From NCBI RefSeq assembly GCF_001194135.2, contig NC_068989.1, positions 38,363,298 through 38,427,297 on the forward strand: a stretch of 64,000 bases of DNA. Direction: 5' to 3'. Source of the stretch: Octopus bimaculoides (Eukaryota). Numbering within the stretch: the first letter of the stretch is position 1; each line of letters starts with the position of its first letter. Shown one piece after another: positions 12,820 through 24,611 of this stretch. The translations under genes were made by a program, and so were the position numbers. The notes under the pieces were generated by a model. That model was given only the letters and a program-made list of their open reading frames with translations. It searched no databases and was not told the origin of the DNA.

Positions 12820-14220
12820 GGGTAATACATCTTTTGGTAGCAACCATAATAAACAATTTTTTAGAAACAGGTGTGATAAAGACAAGAATAAAATAAATAG
12901 GTACACGAAACGAAATAGTACTAATTTTGGATAAATAAACTGAATGGTTCACGACCCAGAATAAGAGAGGTAATTTGGTTCCCCTCCCCCCTCTCTTTCT
13001 CTCTTAGGGTAAGAAATTTACCCAGGATGTTCTTTAGGATCCTGGAGAATAACTTCCCTAAAGACCATAAATACTCTAGTATCTGCAACAGATCTTCAAT
13101 TAAGCTTTCCTATTCTGGAATGCCTAATCTAGCATCGATTATTGTCTCTCTTAATAGAAGCAAATTAAATAAGCTAAAACAATTTGAATATCCTTGCAAT
13201 GGAAACCTCGGTTCTGATAAAACCAGTTGTAGGTCACACAATGATAGTGGGACGTGCTCTCCATTCCTTCTGATTGTGCCGAAACCCGGGAATGGGAGGA
13301 ATGGAATTGTAGATAAGGATAGACTAGCAAGTGCTGTTACTGGCGCTGAAAATAAATTTAGGGGTAGCCAAAGTAAATTATGTAATTGTAGAGACCCTCT
13401 ATTATGTCCTTTTGGCGGGCTCTGTCTGTGTATAAACGTCGTTTATAAATGTACTGTCAGGGACGAGAACAAACTAGATAAGTTTTATATAGGAAGCACG
13501 AAGGATTTTAAGGTTAGATATAGAGCGCATATGAGTTCGTTTTCAATTGAAAAATACTGTAGCTCTATCACACTCGCCTCTTATTTGCATGACCTCAAGA
13601 AGAAGAATATAAAGTACTCTCTTGAATGGTCTATTATATCGAGAGCCCCCTACTTTAAGGCAAATATTAGTAAATTTTCCTTATGTATTAGGGAATCCCT
13701 TGTGATACTCAGGTCTTTTGGACTAAAAACCTTAGATAAGTTCACCGAAGTAATCCCCTTCTGCAACCATAAGTTTTCCTCCACCTTCTTGAAACTGTAT
13801 AGAAATAAAAATAAATTTAAAAACAATAGATAATAACAAGTGTAATAGTTTGCGTTAGGGTGATTTGAAACCTCGAAGATTGGTTTTGATACTGCAGCCT
13901 GTTTGACTATTCTAAAATAGCACTTTTTTTTTTTAATCTTTCCATTATTTGCATGGGCTTGTCTAAGGCTGGTCCATATTTCTTATTCTTTTATTTATTA
14001 TTTCTCCTTACGTTATTTTTCTTACGTTATATCTTCCTATTCCTTATGCTTGACGGATTATGTTGTATATCTTATATATGTTCATTGAGGGGTGTGATAG
14101 GTTGAGTCGTAGACCCAGCGTTTTCTATAACTAATATTTTACTCTTGTCTCAAATTTTCTGAGCACTTCTCCTTGCAGCCCTGTATAAAATCTATTGGTT
14201 TCAGAATAAGAAACCATTAA
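12820..14220 (+). mobile_element. 5'-truncated Penelope-like element (linker + GIY-YIG endonuclease + 3' tail)
   Basis: Starts directly after the (TG)n tract and ends at a (TA)n tract; encodes the PLE C-terminal domain (see next feature). Confidence 0.85.
12925..13833 (+). pseudogene. PLE ORF C-terminus: GIY-YIG endonuclease domain
   Basis: The frame is open from 12925 (upstream of the ATG at 13027): VIWFPSP...NNFPKDHKYSSICNRSSIKLSYSGMPN...CNCRDPLLCPFGGLCL..NVVYKC...FYIGST..FKVRY..H...LEWSII...LCIRE. This is the diagnostic PLE linker plus GIY-YIG. A frameshift near 12920 separates an N-rich upstream part; no RT present. Confidence 0.85.
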
Positions 14221-14246
14221 TATTATATATATATATATATATATAT

Positions 14247-14412
14247 TATTGTGTCTGGGGAGAGTCATTCTGTTTTAATGCCTTATTAATTAACGCATTC
14301 TCCGGTTCGATTTCCACTCATTTACTTATATATTTTTTCTAAAATTTTCATTGCTTCTTGCAACCACTTCAGTAGTCACTGACTCTGTCCGTTATCGGAA
14401 CTGCATTCTTTT
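14247..14412 (-). mobile_element. Short repeat ending in (TA)n, with a hammerhead-like motif (putative PLE terminus)
   Basis: Minus strand CTA-CTGAAGT-G-GTTGC-AAGAA-GCAAT-GAAA-ATTT-TAG at 14375-14339; tail-to-tail with the PLE across (TA)n at 14221-14246. Confidence 0.5.
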
Positions 14413-14440
14413 TGTTTGTTTGTTTGTTTGTGCGCATGTG

Positions 14441-14659
14441 TACTCTCTTTACTCTTTACTCTTTTACTTGTTTCAGTCATTTGACTGCAGCCATGCTGGA
14501 GCACTGCCTTTAGTCGACCAAATCGACCCCAAGACTAATTCTTTGGAAGCCTAGTACTTATTCTGTCGGTCTCTTTTGCTGAACCGCTAAACTACGGGGA
14601 CGTAAACACACCAGCATTGCTTGTCAAGCGATGTTGGGGGAACAAACACAGACACACAA

Positions 14660-14735
<76 letters not shown>

Positions 14736-14860
14736 GGCGGGCTTCTTTCAGTTTCTGTCTACCAAATCTACTCACAAGGCTTTGGTCGGCCCGAGGCTAT
14801 AGTGGAAGACACTTGCCCAAGGTGCCACGCAGTGGGACTGCGTGGCATCTTGGGCAATGT
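14441..14860 (-). mobile_element. tRNA/CORE-type octopus SINE, young copy, with 5' fold-back
   Basis: Tail (CTCTTT)n-ACTTGTTTCAGTCATTTGACTGCAGCCATGCTGGAGC, central (CA)n(TA)n, CORE-like GACACTTGCCCAAGG; CpGs retained. Confidence 0.9.
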
Positions 14861-14870
14861 GTATATATAT

Positions 14871-15281
14871 TCTTTTATTCTTTTACTAGTTTCAGTCATT
14901 TGTCTGTGGCCATGCTGAAGCACTGCCTTTAATCGAGCAAACTAATCCCAGGACTTATTCTTTGTAAGCCTAGTACTTATTCCATCAGTCTCTTTTGCTG
15001 AACTGCTAAGTTATGGGGGACGTAAACACACCAACATCGGTTGTCAAGTGGTGGTGTGGGAGACACACAAATACATACATATATATATGACACACAAATG
15101 CATACATACATATATATATGACAGGCTTCTTTCAGTTTCCATCTACCAAATCTACTCACAAGGCTTTGGTTAGCCTGAGGCTATAGTAGAAGACACTTGC
15201 CCAAAGTGCCATGTGATGGGACTGAAATCAGAACCATGTGGTTGTGAAGCAAGCTTCTTAGACACAGCCGCTCTTGCACCT
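14871..15281 (-). mobile_element. tRNA/CORE-type SINE, full length
   Basis: Same family as 14441-14860; includes the tRNA-like head with A/B-box-like motifs. Confidence 0.9.
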
Positions 15282-15309
15282 ATATATATCTGAGTGTGGC
15301 ATGTCTATC

Positions 15310-15599
15310 AACTATATGTATAAAGGAGCACTCTATCAGTTATTATGACGAGGGTTCCAGCTGATACAATCAATGGAACAGCTTGCTCATGAAATTAGTG
15401 TGCAAGTGGCTGAGCATTCCACAGACGTGTACCCTTAACGTAGTTCTCAGAAAGATTCAGCATGACAGAGAGTGTTACAAGGCCAGCCCTTTGAAATACA
15501 GGTACTACTCATTTTTGCCAGCTGTGTGGACTGGAATAACGTGAAATAAAGTGTCTTGCTCAAGACACAATGCACCTTCACACACACACGCACATACAC
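15310..15599 (-). mobile_element. SINE of a second family, flanked by a 24-bp direct repeat
   Basis: Reverse complement CTTGAGCAAGACACTTTATTTCACGTT matches the plus-strand copy at 25447-25500; flanks ATATCTGAGTGTGGCATGTCTATC at 15286-15309 and 15600-15623. Confidence 0.75.
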
Positions 15600-15661
15600 A
15601 TATCTGAGTGTGGCATGTCTATCTACAATCTATCTACTATCTATCTATCTATCTCTCTCTC

Positions 15662-15710
<49 letters not shown>

Positions 15711-16764
15711 TATACAGGAGTAAAATGGTATATTAAATTGTGATTTTATGCCAACAAAAATAAGTAAAATGTTGATAAATAGATTGATAAAATAATTATC
15801 AGGCAAAAATAAGTTTGGTATGATTACATTAACCTTTTGTAGATGGTGCTCTGGCATAGCCATAGGACAATAATAAAACCACTAAAGCCCTATTCTGTAA
15901 CTGTATGCACACATGCACATTCCTACAGAAAATCTACAAAGTCATCAGACACCATAGAATTACAAATGAAGAAATCCTTCTGCAAAACAAATCCCAGCCA
16001 CTGTAAACATTGATGTTGCTTCAGTTTCAACCTGGCTGGTTTTATTTTATGCCTTACCAGTCAGTTGGCATAGAAAGAACTGCAGCAGATGAACCACACT
16101 GGAGGAAGCTTGCTACTGCATGCATCTCACAACAAAGGGGAGCTTAAGTCTCACTGATTTTATATATTGAATGGGACTGAACAAATGCTCAATTCATTTC
16201 ATATATGTGGATGATGAAAATGAATCTTCATCTTGCAGCTTGAGTTTCATGCCACCCTGAACTTCAGGCAATGTGTGTGTATGTGTATATAAATATGTGC
16301 ATTTCAAAACCTGTAGATAAAAGTCATGTCATTATTTCCCTGCCATCATCTACTGCTACTATAATAATTCCTACATCTTTTAACTAGCAAGTCATGTGCT
16401 ATTTCTCATTTTTCCATCATCCTTTCCGTATCTCAGCTCTCAAACCTTAACTAAACATTCTGTGCAATAGTTTGTCACCACAAGAACGGCCCACTGGGAT
16501 TCATTCCATCTTCATCAGTCACATCGATCTCCCTAGTCTAGGAATCACTGCAAAGATCATTGACATCTTCCACTTTACTGCTTAAGCAATAAAAATCAAT
16601 TTGTGTGTAAAACATCATGAGCATTAATCTCCAGTCAATCTCATACTATTACTACTTGTACTGCTACAGCTACTACTACTGCTGCTGCTGTTGCCATCAC
16701 TGCTGCTGTTGCCACCACAGCTGCTTAACCCTTTCTACCACCACAATCATCATTATCATCACCA

Positions 16765-17970
16765 TCAAGATAGTAGGTTGGCAGAATCTTTAAATGTCAT
16801 ATTGTTCTGATTCTTTACATTATGAGTTCAAATACAGCCAGGCAAAGTTTGTTTTCTGGATTTGATCAAATATAATACCAGTCAAGTACTGGGGTTGATG
16901 TAATTCCCCACCCTCTCTTACCAAATTTCTAACCTTATTACCAAATAGAGGAACAACTATTAAGTGTCATCATTAGAGTGTTGGAAAAAATGCCTTTCAG
17001 TATTTAGTTATGATACTTTATGTTTTGAGTTCAAATTAACTTTTGTCATTCTAGTTTCCAATACTGGGGTAATTTTAAATGATTAACCCTCTCCTCAGAG
17101 ATTTCTGATCTTGCATCTATATAATAGATCATTAATATTATTAGAGCAATTAAGGCGGCAAGCTGCCAAAAATTTTAGCATGTTGGACAAATTGTTGTCT
17201 TTCTTGTAACTCATTACATTCTAGGTTTAAATTCTGTCATCCTTCTGGGGTCATTAAAATAAAGTACCAGTTAATTACTGGAGTTGGTGGTATTAAAGAA
17301 CCTCTGTTGGTTATGTGTCAAAATTAGAAAAGATATTGTTAGGGCTGTGAATTGGTTGAATTTTTGGACAAAATATTTTGTTCTCTCCCTGAGTTCAAAT
17401 ACTACTGAGATCAACTTTGTCTTTTGTTTTCAGGGACCAATGTAATCAGCTGCTCTCTGCCTCCAAATTCGAAGCATTGTGTCTTTAACAGAAATTACTA
17501 TAATTATTATTTGCTCAGCTTGTCACAGGGATCCTGTGAACAAGCTGGGTGGAAGGGTACTCTAGGATATGTGGGTTTCTTTAATTGATCCTAGGTGGTT
17601 ACCCATTATTGGGACATCCCAATTCCTTCAATTTCTATCCTTTGATTTGCTTGCCTGTTTATGTTTCATAATCTGGTCTGCATTCTCCAACATCTACAAC
17701 CATCTTCCTCACAGCAAATACATCATTAAAATAATGTAAATAATGTAAAACATTATTGTCGTATTATTAACCTGCTATTGAGAACTAAACAAAATGTTTT
17801 GTATTATTTAGTTACATTCTGAGTTCAAACACTGCTGAGTTTGACTTTATCTTTCATCCTTTTGTGGTCAATAGAATAAGTACCAATTGTGCACTAGGAT
17901 CAATGTAATCAACTAGCTCCCCTCCCATCTCAGAATTTCAGACCTTATGCCTATAGTAGAAAGAAACATT
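16765..17970 (+). repeat. Head-to-tail array of about 5 decayed tRNA-SINE units (Deu/Nin-like)
   Basis: TGAGTTCAAA(T) recurs near 16823, 17027, 17390 and 17820, with a variant near 17222, each followed by AGTACCAG/ACTGGGG-type motifs; the first four are about 170-200 bp apart. Confidence 0.65.
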
Positions 17971-20599
17971 CAGTTACCTTTTGGGATCAATTCTTGCTAG
18001 GAATTGATAATAGTGATTTAATCAGCTACAGTTTCTCCTTACAACGTTTGTAACATTGAGCCACAACGAGGAATTAATGTCAATGTATGTGGCTTTAAAA
18101 TATCTTTGATATTTATATATGACAAAAATCACCTTTCGCTAAAGAGTCATTTAATCATTACAACCTGATATTCAATTAATTTATCCTTAGTTCAGTTTCT
18201 ATGATTTTCAAATTATTTCTCTCCATTATTGAAATGTTGCAACTAAAATCTAGGTTTCCACATTCATTTGCTTGAGATTCCTGGTTTTGGAATTACATTT
18301 TCTTTTCAAAGTGTATTAACAGTTTGCAGTATATATTTTAGAAGAATGTTTTAAATATTTTCCCTTATTATTTTAGAATTATTTTAATTATTTAAATCTA
18401 CAACCTAATTATTAAAGCCAAGGAAACTTAAAGCAAGATAAAATGCATTAAAAATTTAAAATTAATTTCTCTCATTAAAATATTAAACTTTTTCATGAAT
18501 GTACTTTTATTTGAGTCTTTAAATATGGAAGGAATTTGTAGTATTAAATTAAGAATGTATACATTATTGATATGAATATATGCTCACATGTATCATCATA
18601 ATCATCAATTATCATCATCATAATCTTCATCAACAACTTTCCCTCCTCCTCTGTCTTCTACTTCTTCAATTTCTTCAACTTCTCCTACTTCTCATCTTCA
18701 TTTTTCCGTGTTTATGATTTAAAGAAGTCTTGGGCACAGTTTTTCATCACTTTTGTAATCTTTTGTCATTTCCTTCACAAACTTGAACCACCTGAAAGTA
18801 GCTTTCCCCACTGCTACTTATGTCTTCCTTACTATTCCCATTTGGATCTCCTGGCACATCAATATGGTTTTAGCCCTGTATATGCAACTAAGGATTTTCA
18901 TTAATTCAACTAATTTCAAATGTGTTTTTACAACTGGATACATCTACTTTAGCAAATCACTTTATAAAATGAACTAACTGTATTTTAGTGTAGAACGTGC
19001 TCTAAAGAGGTTGTCTGACAGTATACAGCCCCACTCTATATGATACTGGTTCTTAGAGTTGGTGCTCTCCAAGATAAACTTGGAGAATGCACATCACCTT
19101 TGTGCAGATCTTTGTTTGGACTTACATCTCTACATGAGGGGCTGCTTTCACTGTGGTTCACAGAGTTCACATCTCCTTCATGCAAAATTTTATTTAGTTT
19201 TACTGCTTTTTTTAAGCAGTTACCAGAAAGTTCAAACTTCTAGTTGGGTCACTTTCAGTACAGCTATTATGCCACATTTCTCCATAATACTGAAATAACA
19301 GGGGATGTGATGCTAAAAGCAGACTGGCAAGTTTTATAGTTTCTGAATTTTTAGACTAGTTATACTTAAGTGCCACTGAACTACTGAAATAGTATCTCTC
19401 ACCCTAGTGGGTAGGGTATTTAATTACCAACAGGCCCTTGCTGTCTGGAGTAACTGGCTGTGAATGAATTTGTCTCCATGGCTCTATATAGATAGGACAC
19501 ACACACCACACACACGCGTGTGTTTGTATGTGGGTATCTCTTTTATGTCTTTGAATTCTTTGTTCTAGGAAGGGATTTGTCTGTAATAAGAAATAACAAT
19601 ACTGTATCATCTATTACAGACATCAGCAGATAAAAACATGCCAGATTGTTTATTTTTCTTGTTTTGTATGCCCTGTGTTTTTGGCCCTTTTTCTTTATAA
19701 CTATTTAATATCCTTCCTCCTATCAACCATTTTGCAGTATGACAATGCATTCAGTCATAACACTTTCAGAGAGTTGTTATCTACTAAGAAGATTCCACTA
19801 TTTTGTACTGGTTTTTATTCAGAATTACTTCTCTGATTAATAGGATACCTTCACAGCAGCTTTTAGAGTAGACATCTTGTTCCATTCCTTTTATCTTTTT
19901 GGTGTCAGTTTTTGGTGATAAGATGAAGTGGTACCTTTAGAATTGAATATTTGACTTATGATTCATTCTAGCCAATGTTACCATTGTTTTAATATAGTTA
20001 TTGATAAGTATTTTCCATAATCACCATGAAAATTTTGTATTTTATTTTTCCCCAAGAAAATTCAGCTATAAAATGAAATTATATATGAAGATGAAGGAAA
20101 ACTCCGATTGTTTTCTATAATTATTTTCCCCTTTTATTTACTAAACATATGAATTATTTATTACTTTGCATTCCTCTATTGATTCTGTTATGTTTGTCTA
20201 TGACTTTTCTGCTAATATATTAATTAGTAACTCAAGAAAATACACTTCTTTTACATTGGTATGCCTATTTTCTTTCATCTTCTCAGAACTTTCTACCAAT
20301 ATATAAATTAGTTACTCCAAAAATTGTACCATTTTTATATTAGTACAATTATTTTGGTTCTTTCTTCTGGAAGTTTCTATTAATATGTGAATTAATCATT
20401 CCAATGTTTATTGCATTTATACGATAAGTACTTTCATTTGCCTTCATTTTTATTTATTTATTTATTTATTTATTTAACACCACTAATATGCAAATAAGTA
20501 ATTTCATAATTTTAGAAGATGTCACATCATCACCTAAATAACATTACTTCCTGCTGCATTTTTATGTTTTTCCTTAATATCTAGGAATATAGTTGAGTA

Positions 20600-20705
20600 A
20601 TTAAGAAGTTCACTTTGCAGCCACAAGATCCTGGGTTCAGTTCCACTGTATAACTTCTTGGGTAATTGTCATTTTCTATAGCTTCAGGTTGACTCTCATC
20701 ATTAT
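20600..20705 (+). mobile_element. Decayed SINE head
   Basis: CCACAAGATCCTGGGTTCAGTTCCACTG B-box-like motif, then TTCTATAGC. Confidence 0.6.
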
Positions 20706-21600
20706 CTTTTAATGTCCGACTTCTGTGCTGGCATGGTTTGAACAGTTTGTCAGGAGCCGGCCAAGCAGGAGCCGGCCAAGCAGGAGCCTGCACCAGACTT
20801 CTGTGACTGTTTTGGCAGGGTTTTTACAGCTGACTGCCCTTCCTAACACCAGCCATCCAGTAGAGCAGACTGAGCACTTTTTATGTAGCACAAGCAAGGT
20901 CAGTTTTGACATGGTTTTTTACAGCTGGATGCCCTTTCAAATGCCAACCACTTTACAGTGTGGACTGGATGCTTTTTATGTGGCATCAGCACTGGCGGGG
21001 GTCATCAAGTAACTTGTACGACAAAAATTCTTTGAGAGGGGAGGGGGAATTGGAGGAGATGGTCTTGTATCAGATGATGAAAAGTTATAGTAAGAAAGAC
21101 AGATAGAAACAGGTGTCTTGTTGTAGAGGAGGTATATGGTTACCTGGCCAGAGAGAGAGAGAGAGAGAGAGAGAATGAGGACAGAAACAGGTGTGCTGCT
21201 ATAGAGGAGATACATTGTTACCCAGCCTGAGGGAAGATCAGGAGAAGGAGAGAGAGAGTGTGGGAGACAGCAAGTATGCAAGAGGGAGCAGGAGAGATGG
21301 TGGCAAAGTGCTGGGCATACTCACTAGGGACAGGGACCAATACATAAATGAAATGGTTGAGTAAAAAAGAAAGAGATAGAGGGAGGCAAGTGTCAGGGCA
21401 TACTTTTGAGGTACAGAGGTCATAGTATAAGTGGCAGGGCATTGGCAAAGAAGCATGAATAGAGAGTGGGAGGGGAATGCAATGAGTGGTGAAAACCTGG
21501 GTATATAGAGGGGTGGGGGAGGGCTAATGGACAGCAATGATACAGTGAACAGGACTGGGGAGTGAGAATAGCACAGTGCATGAAAGAGGAGATGTAAAGA
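20706..21600 (-). mobile_element. Non-autonomous RTE 3'-UTR-derived repeat with internal duplications
   Basis: TTTTACAGCTG(G)ATGCCCT...CCA(A/G)CCA occurs twice (about 20820 and 20918); 15-bp tandem duplication at 20751-20788; duplicated AGAAACAGGTGT unit at about 21106 and 21184. Confidence 0.65.
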
Positions 21601-21641
21601 ACAGAAGAGATGTAGTTTGGTTTGTTGGGAAAGGGTGTGTG

Positions 21642-21813
21642 AAAGGTTTTCTTTGTTATTTCATTGTACCTTGTGATATAATGGAATCGTTTGAAATATC
21701 AGACTGGAGTAATTTGTTTTCCTTTGCAACATTTATGAATCTGACATAATGGTTTACTGTTTTTTAGATATTAAAATTGTAACGTTTTCCATGATATTCT
21801 ACACAAATAATAC
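21642..21813. mobile_element. 172-bp MITE-like insert between 21-bp direct repeats
   Basis: TTTGTTGGGAAAGGGTGTGTG at 21621-21641 and 21814-21834; imperfect subterminal inverted repeats. Confidence 0.4.
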
Positions 21814-23095
21814 TTTGTTGGGAAAGGGTGTGTGGAATGCACAACGCTTCTAGAATTGAGTTTCGCTGATGTGGGCAGGTCTACTCAAGAACTTCATATC
21901 ACTAGACATCTCAGTCCATTGCCATTTCCTCTTGTGGGTAAAACTGAGCAGACAGAAATTGTCTTGAAGCCCATCAGGTGGGTTGTACTTGTAATTCAGT
22001 ATGACAATCTTGGTCATATGATACTGTGTGAGAATTACTTTAAGGTTACACTTCTTTCTCATTCAATGTACCTAATAATTCAGATGATCAAACAATTGGA
22101 TCCTCACTGTTGAATGATGGAAATTCATCCATCTTACCCTCTGTTATCTAAATTAATAATATAGAAAATATTGCATTTCCATATCATAGAAAATATTTCC
22201 TTCTCCTTGTGAATAGTGAAGAGTTAAAAATAAAATACATGCAAGCACACAATTAGCTTTTGCAGTATGGTTTTTGTATGTGCACATATATGCAAATATT
22301 AGGGTATGTGTATGTTATCTGATCAAAATCTATAACTGTGAAATGCTTAATTTTCACATTATATATTAGTTTCATTTTATTTTTTTGCATATAAATTTAT
22401 TTAAGATTTCTTTAGTTTTCATCCTTGATTCTCTCTCTTTATGGTATTTATTCCAGAATTCAACTTATTCCTTAAAGAAATAGAAAACACCTTCTCCCCC
22501 AAACCCCCGTCTCCCCCCCCCACACACACATACACACACACACCACTTATAATTTGTCATACATCAGTGTGTACTTGTATCTAAATCTGTACATATTTCT
22601 ATCCATGTATTCATATTTTCACATGGTTTGTGAACATAAATTGTTTTCACTTGTATCAATCTTAAATATGTATTTTTACCAAAACTTCAACAATTTCAAC
22701 GTGATTTTTTCAATCAAATAATTTACTTTAATGTATAAAGTGAGAAATAAATAGAATAGGCCAGAAAATTACAAATTTTGGAGAAAAGAATTTCCCAGTT
22801 GATTTATTCCTGCATCTATCTTTTAATGCATTTTACCTTTCTTATTTAGTTTCCATTTCATCATCATCATCATCATCGTCGTCAGTGTTACGTGTGTATG
22901 AGTATGTAACTATGTGTGTGTAACTATGTGTGTGTGTGCATTGTTTGCCTCGTAATATCCAAGCTATTATTATTGAGATGCCAATAGCATTTTATTCATT
23001 TAAAACCTATTTAATATATCTTAATGCTTACAAAATTATCAAAGACATCATGTATACACACATATACACACGTATTTATATAAATTCATATATGC

Positions 23096-23158
<63 letters not shown>

Positions 23159-23275
23159 ACACACACTTATGTTTATATGTATGAGAGGAGTTGAGGATGC
23201 ATGCATAGTGTATGTATTAATAGGTGTACATACTGTTTAAGTGTTTGTGTGTGGGGAAGAGATAGGAGGGAGGAC

Positions 23276-23313
<38 letters not shown>

Positions 23314-23399
23314 TAGGAGAGAGGATATATATATATATATACTTACACAGTATATATTTGAATATGATTGGACTTCTGTTAATTTAAATGTTTCAGAAT

Positions 23400-23940
23400 A
23401 TATTTAAGCAAGAGATTTGCTGTGTGTTTGAGCAGGACACAAAATTCTCTGTTTCAGTTTATTGTAAAGAGGAGGAGGGACAGAATCCCTTGACAGATTA
23501 ATTCAGTGTAGTTGATTTTTATCTTGAACTTCTGCAGTTTGAAAGGAGAGAATTCTAAATAGGCGAGTTAGTATAATGTGCAAATTGTTTAGTATTGGGT
23601 TTTTGAGGTGTCAACTAGAGTGGTTGTAGGGAGGTGAATGGATGAAGTAAGCTTTGAGCAGAGATGATACTCAGCTTACAAGTTCAGTGGAAAAGAATTC
23701 ATTGCAGAGAGTTAGAAGAGGTTGGTATGATTTGTGATATATCAATAGGTTCTAGTGTAATGGTTAGTGAAGCCTTGTCTCTCAGCTGGATGGCAGTTTT
23801 GAATATAACTATGCATGTATAGAAGCACTACTATTGTTCAGATTCCAGATATGAGAAATTGCTTAATGTAGATTGTTTTCAAGATATGTAAAAGATCAAA
23901 AACTGAAAGATGAAATATACCTTGCCTGTGAAGATGAAAC
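23400..23940 (-). mobile_element. Decayed CR1/Jockey-like LINE 3' region
   Basis: Minus strand is C/A-rich with remnants resembling the post-RT C-terminus (HPF...PNTKQF); many stops. Confidence 0.4.
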
Positions 23941-24569
23941 ATAATCTTTATGATGTAAATTTGGCAATATTACGATACTGCATTTTTCACCTCTCTCAGA
24001 TGAAGCAGTTTTTTTGCTTTCATCATTTAGTCAGTAAGTAAGGCAGTGTTCATGAAACTTTACAAGGTCTCTGAGACACATGTGGGAGAGAATGGAAGGT
24101 ATTTTTCAACCTGATATCTGGCACAAATGCTTGCAATAGAGCAGACTCCACTAGAAAGAAACAAGGACCAGGAAGTAGTATTAATCTGGGCAATGAACTC
24201 AGTCAGCCACCAATACAAAAACCATAAAACAAACATTTTTCCTTGTTTCTATTCATTGTCAGATTAAATAAAGTCGTTGAGAAAATCACCACCTCACCAA
24301 AACATACACACATACACTCTCTCCCTAAATAAGGGGGAAAATGAAACTTTCTTTTGGTTGAGAGGTCCATGTATAATAGTGCAGAACCTCGGTAGGATGG
24401 AATATTTGGCAACATCATGATATTGTATAGGTTAGTGTGGTTAGTGTGGTTTTATCACTTTACTGTAACTTTTATATTTTTCTTTTTTAAGTAGCCAGCA
24501 ATGGCTTCTAGCTGATGCAACACTGAATATACCCACACACGCATGCATGTATAGTGTGTGGTATATTTG

Positions 24570-24611
<42 letters not shown>

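Noticed and set aside
11525-12896. Long ORFs of 120-250 aa rich in H/T or C/V/Y
   Set aside because: Translations of (CA)n/(TG)n microsatellite. The same applies to ORFs at 14.6, 30.0, 41-42, 45.8-47.5, 52.6-53.7 and 61.2-61.6 kb, some of which also read through N gaps.
13834-14220. Expected sense-strand hammerhead in the PLE 3' tail
   Set aside because: None found; only a TGGTTTC/GAAACCA hairpin near 14196-14216 with no CUGANGA core.
16765-17970. Regularly spaced repeats as a CRISPR-like array
   Set aside because: Eukaryotic context; the units are diverged SINE copies of about 190 bp, not identical short repeats with unique spacers, and there are no cas genes.
21850-21960. Possible APE endonuclease N-terminal remnant (...AHISETQF)
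   Set aside because: Too short and degenerate to support.
24050-24420. Possible ISL2EU/Harbinger-like transposase remnant (QSAT..YKNH.T)
   Set aside because: Only one short frameshifted motif; no catalytic residues or TIRs recognisable.
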